64,000 nt of DNA from a virus. Its lineage: Duplodnaviria > Caudoviricetes. The notes under the pieces were generated by a model. The model had not been told where the DNA came from. It worked only from the letters and a program-made list of their open reading frames with translations, and did not search any database. How positions within the stretch are numbered: the first letter of the stretch is position 1; each line of letters begins with the position of its first letter. Positions 44,512 through 55,700 of this stretch are shown piece after piece. The stretch lies in the IMG/VR virus record IMGVR_UViG_3300033067_002502, positions 64,001-128,000 of that record; one strand, 5' to 3'. The translations under genes were made by a program, and so were the position numbers.

Positions 44512-47500
44512 ATGGCAATAAAGATTACAAAAGTAAAAATTAATAACAAACAAATAGGAGGAGATTTACTTGTTCTTCCTTTTGATATTGTTACTATAAA
44601 TTGGGAAATAAATACAACCACAGCAGCCATAAAACAACTTTCATATGAAATTAGAATAGCAAATCATACCGTTAATTTTGGCACAGATTCTTTTATTCCT
44701 GATGTTATTAGACAGCCATATGCAAGAGATAGATCTCAGTATTGGAGATTGAAAACTAAATTTTTGCAAAGAGGTCATGTTTATTATGGACAAATTAGAG
44801 TCAAAGATACGACTGGAGAGGAAAGTGATTGGGTAACATTTAGCTTTACTATTAATCGTTTACCTTTTTTGACATATGCAAAAATAAAGCCTGAAATACC
44901 TTCTGAAAATGATGATTTAGAATTAGATTTAGGAATTGCGTCGGAGTTAATTTCTATACAAACAAAATGGTTTAGAAACGGAATACATTATAATCAATTT
45001 GATAATTATCAAAAAATATCTAAAGAATATGTAAGATATGGAGATTCTTGGTATTCAGAAATCGTTCCTAATGATGGTATTGAAAAAGGCTCAACTGTTT
45101 TTGCAAAAGCAGTAAAAGTTTCTAAAAAACCACCAATAGTTGATAGTCTTCAAATATTCCCAATTAATCCAAATGTTAATGACATATTGGAGGCAAGTTA
45201 TACAATTAATGATCCAAACACTGCTTCTCTTTTACTTAAAGACAAAAGCCAAATAAGATGGTATATAAATAATTCAGTTATAACAGAGGCAAATGATCAG
45301 AAATTTGTTCGTTTTGCTTTAAAGCCAAATGATAATGTCTTCTTTTCTATAATTCCTAGTGATGGTATATCTTTTGGAGATATGGTGTCTTCTAAGAGTA
45401 TTACCGTACAAGAAGCTGGTTTTAGAGTAACAAATTTAAAAGTATCAAATAGCCTTAATCCAACAGCAAAGTGGAGCGTAATACAGCCTTTTGATAAATA
45501 TTCAAGATATGCAAGTATAAAATTAGGAACAGCACCTGGTTCTGATAATGTATACAGTGAAATTATAGAAACTTATGATAATAAATTTACTATACCAAAT
45601 AAATTAGTAAAAGCAGGTGTTGATTATTATTTATCTGTTGCGTCTAGTGATCAAAAAGATTATTTTCAATATTACGAAACTTCAAAATTCAGAGCTTTAG
45701 GTAATCTTTGGGAAAGAGAAGTTGATAACTTAAAAGGATGGACTATTGAACTTTCTGTAAGCGTTATAGGAGATAATGGTTATCATAGGATTTCAATAGG
45801 AGACGGAAATAGATTTGCCGAAATCAGATTTTATTCTAATAATATACAATTGTTTTTAGGAAGTAGTAATATTAAAACATTTATTATAGATCTTACTAAA
45901 CCTAGAAATATAATAATAGTTGGAAAAGAAAATTCAATAAAAGTATATTATGAAAATTCTTTAATACTAGATGGATCTAATATGTTTTTAGAATTTTCTA
46001 GTGATAAATTTATAGAAATTGGGTCAAATGCAGATTCAGAAGCCGTTGGTTATTTTAAGAGAATTGTTTACAGTGTAGATTCATCTTACGATCCAGGATC
46101 TTCTGTGTATTCTAAAATAAATCTTGAAAAATTTATTGATTTTACAGGAACTTCAATATCTGATATTACTGAACACGAAGGAAATATATTGGTAGCTACT
46201 AATCCAATTAATATTTCAGAAAGTGGGCAGACTTATAAAATTGTAGAAACAGAAAAACCTATTATATCAGCAACAGAAAGCGTTGACTCTTTTGATTTAA
46301 AGGTAAATTCTTTAACATTATCTCCAGATGATAAAATAATGTATGTTTCTCATTCAAAAGGAGCTAGTCTTTTTAATAATTATTTTATCCCAAAATATGA
46401 CAGCGAATCAAAATTTACAGACGGAATTGATCCTGCATTAAATTACTGGGAAAATGTAAAGACAACAGGGTTTGAAGCTTCGAGTTATATTCAAGAAGGA
46501 CTTGTTATAGACACAAGCATCTCCAACAGGACAACCTCTTTGTCTATTGAATCTGCTTTGATAACGGCAAATGTTAATGCTATTAGTTTTTTATCACTAT
46601 ATGATACTATTATTAATTATGATTTTGAAATAGAAATAACAGAAAATAATATACTAAATATTTACCTTGCAGGAACTTCCAATTCCATATATTCAACAAC
46701 TACTATTGATAAAACAATAGAAGATCTTGTTAATGAATTGAAATCATTGACAACTTCTGAGAATTATTTCTTTGCTTTGTTTTATGACATAGTTGTACTT
46801 AATGAAGTTGGCCCTCAAGTTGCTAGTCGTTTATCTCCCATATCTAGTACAAGAATATTCCCTGAGTATAATTTTTCTGGAAGTTATCAAGTTAATGACC
46901 CTTACAATCCAAATCCTTACGGATCTTTGTCAACTGGAAAATGGTTTTATTCTCATAGAAAGAAGGGAACTCCTTGGTTTGATAGAGTTAGTAACGAAAA
47001 AGGATGGACTGTTGATTTTGACTTAAGAATAGATGAAATGGAAGATAGCGACACTCCTTCTAATGTTTCAAATACTAAAGGAATCGGAATTTACATTAAT
47101 GACGGATTGTGTTCGGAAAATATATCTTTCATGTCTCAAGAAATTATACTTGAAGGAACTAATCAGTCTTTCGTATACGACACAACGGCGATGACAAATT
47201 ATAGACTTATTGGTAAAGATAAGAAAATTAAAATATATGGTAAAAAAACAGAAGATTCTTCTTACCAGTTAATAACAGAATCTCCTATTAAAGCAAATTC
47301 AACTAATCAGGGTAATGCTGGTCGTCCTTCTATTGCTTCTGATAGTTTTGGTAATTTACATTCAGTATGGCATGATGATGGTTTTGGAGAAAATAGAAGA
47401 CAATTATATTATAATAAATTTACAGAATCTCTTGGGTGGGGCGAGCCTGAATTAATTCCCACAGGAAATTTCAGTTCTTCAAATCCTAATATATCCATAG

Positions 47501-50500
47501 ATTCTCTTAATAATATTTATGTAGTATACGAAACAACAAGCTCTGATTATACAGATATTTCAGTGGTGTCTAATAATGGCCTTGGATGGTCTGATCCTTC
47601 CTTCTTAACTTCAAATCTTTATGATTCTTTCAACCCTAAAATAGTAATTGATTCAAAAGATAATGCTCATGTTATTTGGGAAGATTATAGAAATTCAAAT
47701 CCTCAAATTTTTTACTGTTCTAGAAGATCTTCTGACGGACAGTGGGATAGTGCTATTTTTGGAGGAGAAGATGTTCAAATAACGGCTGAACACATTGGAG
47801 CAAAAAGACCGTCAATAATTTTTAATAATACAAATATATATGTTTGTTGGACATCTTTTAGCTCAAACGGATCTTCTTCTATTAAAATGGCAAATTATGA
47901 TGAAGGAAATAAAAAGTGGACATCAAGCGGACAGGGAGGATCTGATTTTGCTGTTTCGGGTATTTCTTATTCAAAAGCAGATAATTCTGATATAATTGTA
48001 GATCTTAAGGGGCAAATTGTTGTTGTTTGGAATGATGTATTAGATAATAATTATCAAATTTTTGGAAGATTTATAAATTCAAGATTGGTTTTTGCTAAGA
48101 ATATTACTCAATTAACAAAGGGAGATTTCGATTCAACTCATCCACGATGTGGATTAGATGTAAGAAATGGTGACATTTTTGTTGTTTTTGAAAAACAGCA
48201 AGAAAAAATATCTACTCCTTATGATCCTTATTCTGTAAGAGATTCTGATATTGAATACAAAAGCCCTAGTATTTTTATGCTTAAATGGGACGCTTATCAT
48301 CAAAAATGGATTAGTAGCAATCAGAATGCTCCTACAAATTATATAGATAGTTTTGATTTAGAATTTGATTTCGGTCTTCCTCGTCTTTCTTATAGACCAA
48401 CAATTGCTAGAAAATTTAATACAATTCTTCATATTCTTTTTGAAGGAAATGATGTTTCTTATGTTGGAGAAAATCTTCCTAGTAAGGACTTGTTTGTTCA
48501 AATTAGAGCTATTGATTATAGCAGTAGGGCTTTTTCTCCTGTATTTGTTGTTGACTCTACAAAAGAGCTTTTAATGGATGGAGTGTTAAAAAGAAAAGAA
48601 ATTAGATTTGGAGATTTTTCTGATAATCTTTCTGCTAGAATGGTTATAGGAGGAATCCGTTATTATCTTTCTGATGCAGTTGATCCTTTTTATATTAATT
48701 TGATTTCATCTGCTACAACAAATATACCTAATGATTCTGTTTTGTGTTCTTCTCCAAATAATAATGGAGACGCTTGGTTAGGAACAGAAAATGGATTAAT
48801 TTTTTATAGCAAAATTAATGGAAAAGCTTACATTGTTGATTCCGATGAATCTAACATAAAAGGTCTTTATATAAAATCAATATCTTTTGACAATAAAACT
48901 AATATGTATTTGGCGACATCTTCTGGAGTATATGTAAGCGTAGATCATACTTATTTCTTTAAATTATTATTTGGAGAAAATGATTCGTCTTGTGTAGAAT
49001 CTGATGGATTGAATAATATTTATATAACCACAAAAAATGGTCTTTATATTGTAAATCTTAATAACATATATGATAAATTAGTTATTACTAAAAGCAATGT
49101 CAATCAGATCAGTAGAGAAATTGCTGTAGATGCTTCTGATATTACTAAAATTTCAATAGAAAATGGATTAATTTCTAACAATCTAACGGTTGTTAGGGTT
49201 GATGCTAGTGATGTTGCATGGATTGGATCAGATAGAGGTCTTATTCGTTATTTTAATGGAGAAATAAGTACATTTACTTCTGATGATGGATTGTGTTCTA
49301 ATAAGATAAATGATATATCAATAAGAAATACAGCGATACGATATATTGCTACGTCTTCTGGTGTAAACAAGATGGTTGGTATAAGTATAAATTCTTTGAA
49401 TTTTGATAATACAAATTCACCACCATCTTCGGAAAATCAAGCAAATAAAGGAGATATAAATCTTCCTGTTTTTGTCAACGCTCTTGCTGTCAAGTGGAAA
49501 GAACCTAATATTTTATGGATATCTTCTACTCATAATATTTTTCAAATAACATTTATTGAAGAATCTTTTACTACAGAAAAAACAGAAACAACCAAATTTA
49601 TGAGTAAGGATTTTACACTTACTTCAGTTAATAATTACAAAAATGATGGTTTGCAAACATTCAGAATAGTAGACTTAGATGATAGAATAATTCCAAATAA
49701 TGTTGTTTTTGAAGTATTGCTTAATGGTAATAAAATTACAAGAGGTTATTCTTTTTCTCCAGAAAAGAAACTTATACGTTTTAATTATCCATTATTTGAA
49801 ACAGATATTATAAATATAAACATTCGTTTTGATGTGGAAAAGGTTGGAGATTTTTCTCAAAACAAGGCTCAACAGATTGCAATAGGTAATAAATCAACAA
49901 GAATTGAAAAAATACTATCATCAAATGGAAATATCTATGCGATGACTGGCGGAGATATTAATACTGTTCAAATCAATGATCAAACAACAGATTTGCCTTT
50001 TGATAGAATTATTCTTGATAGGATTCCTCCAGAAGGAAAAATATCTATAGGAGAAAGAAGAGAAAGAAGCATTTTTGGTATTAATATTTCGCCTTTAGAA
50101 TCAGATACTCTTGGTGTTTTTGATGAGGTTTCTGGTATTGATAAGTTGGTTGTTTCAAATTATACAAATTTCACAAGTGATGGAGAAATACCATTAGAGC
50201 CAATGGTATTTACTAGATTTTTACTTCATAATATTGGAGACATGCTAGATAGCGTAAGTAAAGAATTTACCATTTCAAGCGGTAGAGGTAATAGAATATT
50301 CAATTATCATCCTGTTGGAGGAAATTCTTCTATAATGATTGGAACTTCAAATCCTGCTAATGTTTATAAATTTAATGGAATAACTAAAATTTGGGACAAA
50401 ATAGATACTCTTGATAGTATTGGGGGAGTAGCAAATCCAAATGCATCTATTGAATTTTTCATTGAATATCAAGGAAGAGTTTATGTAGGAACCGGAAGCT

Positions 50501-52752
50501 CTAGTGGTTCTGGAAAAATATGGGTCATGAATGCTGACACTATGAAGTTTGACTTATTAAGAACTTTGCCATCAAATACTCACGCTTATTGCGCAATAGT
50601 GTTTGATGGTGTATTATATTTTGGTGGGGGAGGAGGGAGTTATGGAGCTTTATATTCTTTTGACGGAACATCAACAACAGAAATTTTTAAAAATATTAGC
50701 GGTTCTATATATTCTCTTGTTGAGTCAGATAGAGAATTGTATGCAGCAACTGGAAGTGAAGGAAGGATTTATAAACTTGATACAAAGAATAATACTCAGC
50801 AAATAATTGAGGTTAATCCAGATAGAAACGTTACTTGTATAGGAAAGGCTGTTGTAAATGGTCAAGGTTACATATTTGCAGGATTTGGTTCTAGTGGTCA
50901 AATAAAGAGATCTAAAGTTCCTAATAATCCTTTTGTTCATTCATTCAAAACTATTCCTTCTACTGTTTATTCAATTAAAACAATTGGAGATAAATTGTAT
51001 GCAGCAATAGGGAATACTTTGTATTATTTAGATAATGTTTGGAATTCTAAACATGTACATAAAGAAATGATTAAAGATATATCAGAAGGAGAAGATGGGA
51101 ATATTTGGTTTGTATCTGATTCTTACGTTTACAGAATAGGTAAAGTAGAAAATGTTAAGAAAGTTTATCTAAAACTTATTGATAAAGCAGGCAATGAAAC
51201 TAGATTGTATACAGACGAGGCTCAAACAAAGCTTGATGATAATCTATTTGATCAAATAAATATATCTGATTTACAGACATTTATTAATAAAAATAGAATA
51301 TTGCAAGTTGATAATTTCGGAAATTCAATTGCCTTGAGAGAAGGAAATGACAGGTTTTATTCTTCAGATATAATAGAAGAAGAAGTAGGGGAATATTACA
51401 GTGAGATATTTAATGGAACTAACAATCTTGTGTCATGGGATATTATATCATGGGAAGCAACTATTCCAAGTAATACTAGCGTAGATATTTATATAAGAAC
51501 AGGAGCTACAAGAGATGAAATCTTAGATAAAGAATTTAGTTTTTCATCTGGAGGAAAAGATCAAAATAGTGATATTTCTTATTTGTCAGGACAGTTTTTA
51601 CAATTCAAAGTTATTATGACTAGTAGGGTTAGAGGATTGAGTCCTTCTTTGAAAAATGTTGTTATAAAAAGTATTTCTAGCGATTCAACTCATTTCTTTA
51701 CAACAAATTTTGTTTTACCAAGTAGAGTTAAGGGAGGTATTCTTACTTCAACAAAGCTTCTTCCTGTTTCTGCAGATGTTGTTTTTGGAATAAATACAAG
51801 AAATTCTACAGATTTTGCAGAATATCAGATTGTTGACGAAAACAGAATATTTACTACGGAAAATGCTCAGATTGGAGATAATTTAAGAATAGGTATTAGA
51901 CTTATAACTCCAACAAAAGCAGAAGCCGCTACTCCTATTCCTGAAGAATACAATCCATATGGTTCTGCTATATTATTTAATTCCGTAGAGTGGAGCTATA
52001 AAAACAAAAATTCCTTAGAGGGGGTTTATAATTTTATTGTAAGCTTTTATGAAGATGCAAGTCTTTCTAATCTCATCTATACATCTAGTAGTTCTGTTTC
52101 TCCTATAGGTTTTAGTTCTGATGGAGATATAATGCCAACTGGCGGTATTTCTTTCTATCCTGGTCAAGTAAGAGATTTTTCGTTTACTCCTGTTGGAGAG
52201 GTTCCTATAAAATGCAATACATATTATTATACTAAAATAGAAGCAGTAATTGAAAATGATATTTCTTTGATTTCAGAAGATAGTCTTTTTATTGAATCTT
52301 GCGGAACAACGTTTGTCGATATTATAGTGTTTGATTTTTCTAATATGACATCTGATACAGAGACATATCATTTTAGAATAAGATTTTATAAAGATCCAGA
52401 AAGAACTGATTTGAAATATACAGCATTTAGCGGAAATGACTTGTCTAACTGGATAGTTAATGAAGAAAGTCTTCCTGTTGCTGGATTTACATCTTCTCCT
52501 GGACAATTAGTTACCGTAAATTATGTTCCTGTATTGTCTTATATAGATGCGAATACTACATATTATCTTTCTATAGACATATATAATGGTGAAAAGTTTG
52601 AAAACAATAGTAATTCTTTTACCTTTAAGGCAAACGATCTTTCATCTCAGATATATTGTGGGTCTTTTGAAGACGTTCCTGTTGTTAAGAATTTTTCAGT
52701 TATGTTTGAACTTGAAAATAATGAATTTGTTAGCATGAAGGTAAAATTATAA
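44512..52752 (+). CDS. Giant (2746 aa) multidomain structural protein: FN3/Ig, ConA-like, several beta-propellers
   Basis: QLSYEIRI...YYGQIRVKD..GEESDW FN3; HVIWEDYRNSNPQIFY blades; WIGSDRGLIRY and GLCSNKINDI Reg_prop-like blades. Confidence 0.75.
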   Translation: MAIKITKVKINNKQIGGDLLVLPFDIVTINWEINTTTAAIKQLSYEIRIANHTVNFGTDSFIPDVIRQPYARDRSQYWRLKTKFLQRGHVYYGQIRVKDTTGEESDWVTFSFTINRLPFLTYAKIKPEIPSENDDLELDLGIASELISIQTKWFRNGIHYNQFDNYQKISKEYVRYGDSWYSEIVPNDGIEKGSTVFAKAVKVSKKPPIVDSLQIFPINPNVNDILEASYTINDPNTASLLLKDKSQIRWYINNSVITEANDQKFVRFALKPNDNVFFSIIPSDGISFGDMVSSKSITVQEAGFRVTNLKVSNSLNPTAKWSVIQPFDKYSRYASIKLGTAPGSDNVYSEIIETYDNKFTIPNKLVKAGVDYYLSVASSDQKDYFQYYETSKFRALGNLWEREVDNLKGWTIELSVSVIGDNGYHRISIGDGNRFAEIRFYSNNIQLFLGSSNIKTFIIDLTKPRNIIIVGKENSIKVYYENSLILDGSNMFLEFSSDKFIEIGSNADSEAVGYFKRIVYSVDSSYDPGSSVYSKINLEKFIDFTGTSISDITEHEGNILVATNPINISESGQTYKIVETEKPIISATESVDSFDLKVNSLTLSPDDKIMYVSHSKGASLFNNYFIPKYDSESKFTDGIDPALNYWENVKTTGFEASSYIQEGLVIDTSISNRTTSLSIESALITANVNAISFLSLYDTIINYDFEIEITENNILNIYLAGTSNSIYSTTTIDKTIEDLVNELKSLTTSENYFFALFYDIVVLNEVGPQVASRLSPISSTRIFPEYNFSGSYQVNDPYNPNPYGSLSTGKWFYSHRKKGTPWFDRVSNEKGWTVDFDLRIDEMEDSDTPSNVSNTKGIGIYINDGLCSENISFMSQEIILEGTNQSFVYDTTAMTNYRLIGKDKKIKIYGKKTEDSSYQLITESPIKANSTNQGNAGRPSIASDSFGNLHSVWHDDGFGENRRQLYYNKFTESLGWGEPELIPTGNFSSSNPNISIDSLNNIYVVYETTSSDYTDISVVSNNGLGWSDPSFLTSNLYDSFNPKIVIDSKDNAHVIWEDYRNSNPQIFYCSRRSSDGQWDSAIFGGEDVQITAEHIGAKRPSIIFNNTNIYVCWTSFSSNGSSSIKMANYDEGNKKWTSSGQGGSDFAVSGISYSKADNSDIIVDLKGQIVVVWNDVLDNNYQIFGRFINSRLVFAKNITQLTKGDFDSTHPRCGLDVRNGDIFVVFEKQQEKISTPYDPYSVRDSDIEYKSPSIFMLKWDAYHQKWISSNQNAPTNYIDSFDLEFDFGLPRLSYRPTIARKFNTILHILFEGNDVSYVGENLPSKDLFVQIRAIDYSSRAFSPVFVVDSTKELLMDGVLKRKEIRFGDFSDNLSARMVIGGIRYYLSDAVDPFYINLISSATTNIPNDSVLCSSPNNNGDAWLGTENGLIFYSKINGKAYIVDSDESNIKGLYIKSISFDNKTNMYLATSSGVYVSVDHTYFFKLLFGENDSSCVESDGLNNIYITTKNGLYIVNLNNIYDKLVITKSNVNQISREIAVDASDITKISIENGLISNNLTVVRVDASDVAWIGSDRGLIRYFNGEISTFTSDDGLCSNKINDISIRNTAIRYIATSSGVNKMVGISINSLNFDNTNSPPSSENQANKGDINLPVFVNALAVKWKEPNILWISSTHNIFQITFIEESFTTEKTETTKFMSKDFTLTSVNNYKNDGLQTFRIVDLDDRIIPNNVVFEVLLNGNKITRGYSFSPEKKLIRFNYPLFETDIININIRFDVEKVGDFSQNKAQQIAIGNKSTRIEKILSSNGNIYAMTGGDINTVQINDQTTDLPFDRIILDRIPPEGKISIGERRERSIFGINISPLESDTLGVFDEVSGIDKLVVSNYTNFTSDGEIPLEPMVFTRFLLHNIGDMLDSVSKEFTISSGRGNRIFNYHPVGGNSSIMIGTSNPANVYKFNGITKIWDKIDTLDSIGGVANPNASIEFFIEYQGRVYVGTGSSSGSGKIWVMNADTMKFDLLRTLPSNTHAYCAIVFDGVLYFGGGGGSYGALYSFDGTSTTEIFKNISGSIYSLVESDRELYAATGSEGRIYKLDTKNNTQQIIEVNPDRNVTCIGKAVVNGQGYIFAGFGSSGQIKRSKVPNNPFVHSFKTIPSTVYSIKTIGDKLYAAIGNTLYYLDNVWNSKHVHKEMIKDISEGEDGNIWFVSDSYVYRIGKVENVKKVYLKLIDKAGNETRLYTDEAQTKLDDNLFDQINISDLQTFINKNRILQVDNFGNSIALREGNDRFYSSDIIEEEVGEYYSEIFNGTNNLVSWDIISWEATIPSNTSVDIYIRTGATRDEILDKEFSFSSGGKDQNSDISYLSGQFLQFKVIMTSRVRGLSPSLKNVVIKSISSDSTHFFTTNFVLPSRVKGGILTSTKLLPVSADVVFGINTRNSTDFAEYQIVDENRIFTTENAQIGDNLRIGIRLITPTKAEAATPIPEEYNPYGSAILFNSVEWSYKNKNSLEGVYNFIVSFYEDASLSNLIYTSSSSVSPIGFSSDGDIMPTGGISFYPGQVRDFSFTPVGEVPIKCNTYYYTKIEAVIENDISLISEDSLFIESCGTTFVDIIVFDFSNMTSDTETYHFRIRFYKDPERTDLKYTAFSGNDLSNWIVNEESLPVAGFTSSPGQLVTVNYVPVLSYIDANTTYYLSIDIYNGEKFENNSNSFTFKANDLSSQIYCGSFEDVPVVKNFSVMFELENNEFVSMKVKL

Positions 52753-52753
52753 A

Positions 52754-55700
52754 ATGCCTGTTAGAACTCCCCATTTTGGATTAGAAGCTTTTATCACAGG
52801 CGATATTTATTCGTCTTCTGTAGATAAGCGTAGATTTACTATTATAGATTCTAATATGGCCTTTATATCAGAACTTGTTGGTCAAGGGAAAATAAAAGGC
52901 TGGGATTTGTCAATTCCTTCTAGCTATACTCTTATGGTTTCTAGCGGATGGGGTATGATTGACAGATCTATTGTTAGGACTTTTGGTGATTTTAATAAAT
53001 CATTACTTGATAATAGTACTGTTTATGTATGGATGAGAAATAGGCCTGGAGTGATAGGACAAATAAGCGCATTTTCAAATATATCTACTATTAATTATAT
53101 TGATTCTACAGCTCCTTCAAATCCAATTTCTTTATCAATAGTAAGTAAATCCACAGATTCTATAAATATTCAATGGAGTTCTTCTTCTGAAATAGATTTT
53201 AATTACTATGAAGTATATAGAAGTACAGATAATATTTCTTATAGCTTAATAAATAAGGTTTATTTAAATGAATTTACGGATACTGGTTTATCTGAAAATT
53301 CAATTTACTACTATAAGATTAAATCATACGATCTTAGCGAGAATTCTAGTTCTTTTTCTTCATTTTTATTGGCAATAACAGATAAAGACTTAAGTAAACC
53401 CGCAAATCCAAGTTCTGTAAAAATTATTAATTCTAAAAATTCAGTTCATGTTATATGGAACAAAGCACCTTATGGAAATATTTCTAATTATAGAGCTTAT
53501 GTTACTCCTGTAAATGAAGAAAAAATAGCAATAGATTCAGAATTTGTTGTAAATAGTAGCGAAGACTCTGCTGATATGACAATAAAAAATCTTGTAAATG
53601 AACAAAGATATTTAATTGTTTTAAAATCAGTTAGTGCTAGAGGAATTGAGTCGGATGGAGTTTCTCTTCTTGGTATTCCTGTTGACACAGGAGGGCCTCT
53701 TGATGTTTCAGAAATAACTATTATTGACTATGTGGTTGAATCTGGAATATCAACAAACGGAATGAATATTAGCTGGATTTCTGAAATAGATCCATATTCT
53801 TATTTTAATGGTATTTCTGAAATTCTTATTGAAGAGTACAGAAATGATGGAACGGTATTAACTTCAGAATGGATTCCTACTCTTTCAGGATATCAAACAA
53901 GATCTATCGAAGTTTTTCCTTATAAAAAAAATGGGCAATCTTTTTATAAGTCTATTGAATCTAGAACAATTTATTATGTTACTATAAGAAATGTTGATTC
54001 TAATGGAATTAAAAGTGTTGGGAAAAGAGTAAGACACTATACTAAAAATTTCTTATCTCCAGATCCTGCAAGGTTTTTGTCTATAACAGATAACCCTGAC
54101 AAAACTCTTGTTTTTAAATGGGAAAATTCTTCATCTATATTCAGTTACAATCTTATTTCTGTAAAGAAAACAGATTTATCAGATTCTTCTGATACATTTT
54201 TATTTACTCAAAAAAACGTAGGAAAATCAACATTTTTCTCCTTAGATCCATCTTTTTCTAAAGAAAACAACAGATATACTTTTTCAATAATATGTGTTGA
54301 TGAATTTGAAAATGAAAGTATATTATCAAGTATTGTTTATGAAACAAGCGTTTTAGTTAATCTTCCAAAACCTCCACAACCTGCACAGCAGATAGGATTT
54401 GCTGGAGATAAGCAGAATATTATAAATTGGAGTGCTTCTTCTTCTAAAGATGTTAAAGGTTATAAAATATACAGATCTTTAGATAGCGTATCTCTTGATG
54501 CTTCTGCTTTTTCTTTGTTAGAAACAGTACCTGCAAATATATACTCATATATAGATTATGAAGTAGAGAATAATTCTTCATATATTTATTTCGTAACAAC
54601 ACTTAATTTATATGATCAAGAGTCTCTAAATCCAATAGATGATAAGTATATTAATTATTCCTTAATAACATTAAAGCCTACATCTAATTCTTTATTAAAT
54701 CCCCCAATTAATCTATCATCAACTATCATAGGTAATAGTGTTCAGATTTCTTGGCAACCTACTGGTGGTCAATTTGATGGATATGAAATTTATAAATCAA
54801 TTGGAAATAAATATTCATTTGTTCTTATTGCAACTGTTTCTCCCTCTGTAACTTATTATGTTGACTATTTATCTCTTATATATACTGGCAACGTCTATTA
54901 TATGGTTAGAAAATTTAAAAATGAATCAGATTTGTTTATTACAGAAAGTAGTGTTAATGTAACAAATGCAGTGTATCTTGGTAAGGTTACAACATCATCT
55001 GGAGTTTCTTCTATAAATCTTTCTAATGTTAGAAATATATCTTTATTAGAAGATCCGGTTAGGGAAGAAACTAAATCTAGAATTAATGTTCATAAGCATG
55101 AATTTGTAGATGATAATAATGACAAAAGAATAAATCTTGATAATAAATTAGTTGTTTCAGATTGGGAATCTAATGATAATCAGATATACACAACAATAAC
55201 AGACATATCAGATACAACTACTTATATTGTATATATAAATGGAGAAGAATCTTCTAGTTTTGGAATTTTGTATTCTCTTAATAAAGATACAGGAACTCTT
55301 GTTTTTGAGACAAAGTTATCTGCAACTGGATTTGAAATAGATGGAAGTCAGGTTTTTGCTTTTTCAGAGCCTCCGTCTATAACTGTTGAATTTGGAAATT
55401 TAGAAGAAACTCAAAATATAATTCCAGAGAAAAGATTGAAAAGTTTAAGCTCTTCTCAAGTTTCTGTTGGAAAATTAAAGAATCCTCAAATAAATTTGCT
55501 AAATCATGATGGAAGATTAAGAGAAAAAATTGAACCTATTCAAATATCAACAATAAAAATTGATGATGGATACAGATATGCCCCATTTGATAGTAACGAG
55601 ATTATTGGAGATGCTGTTGTTTTTTATGATATAATGCAGGCTGCTGGTGATTTGGATATCTTATTAGCTTCTACAAGCGACGGAATCTATACAAGTGAAG

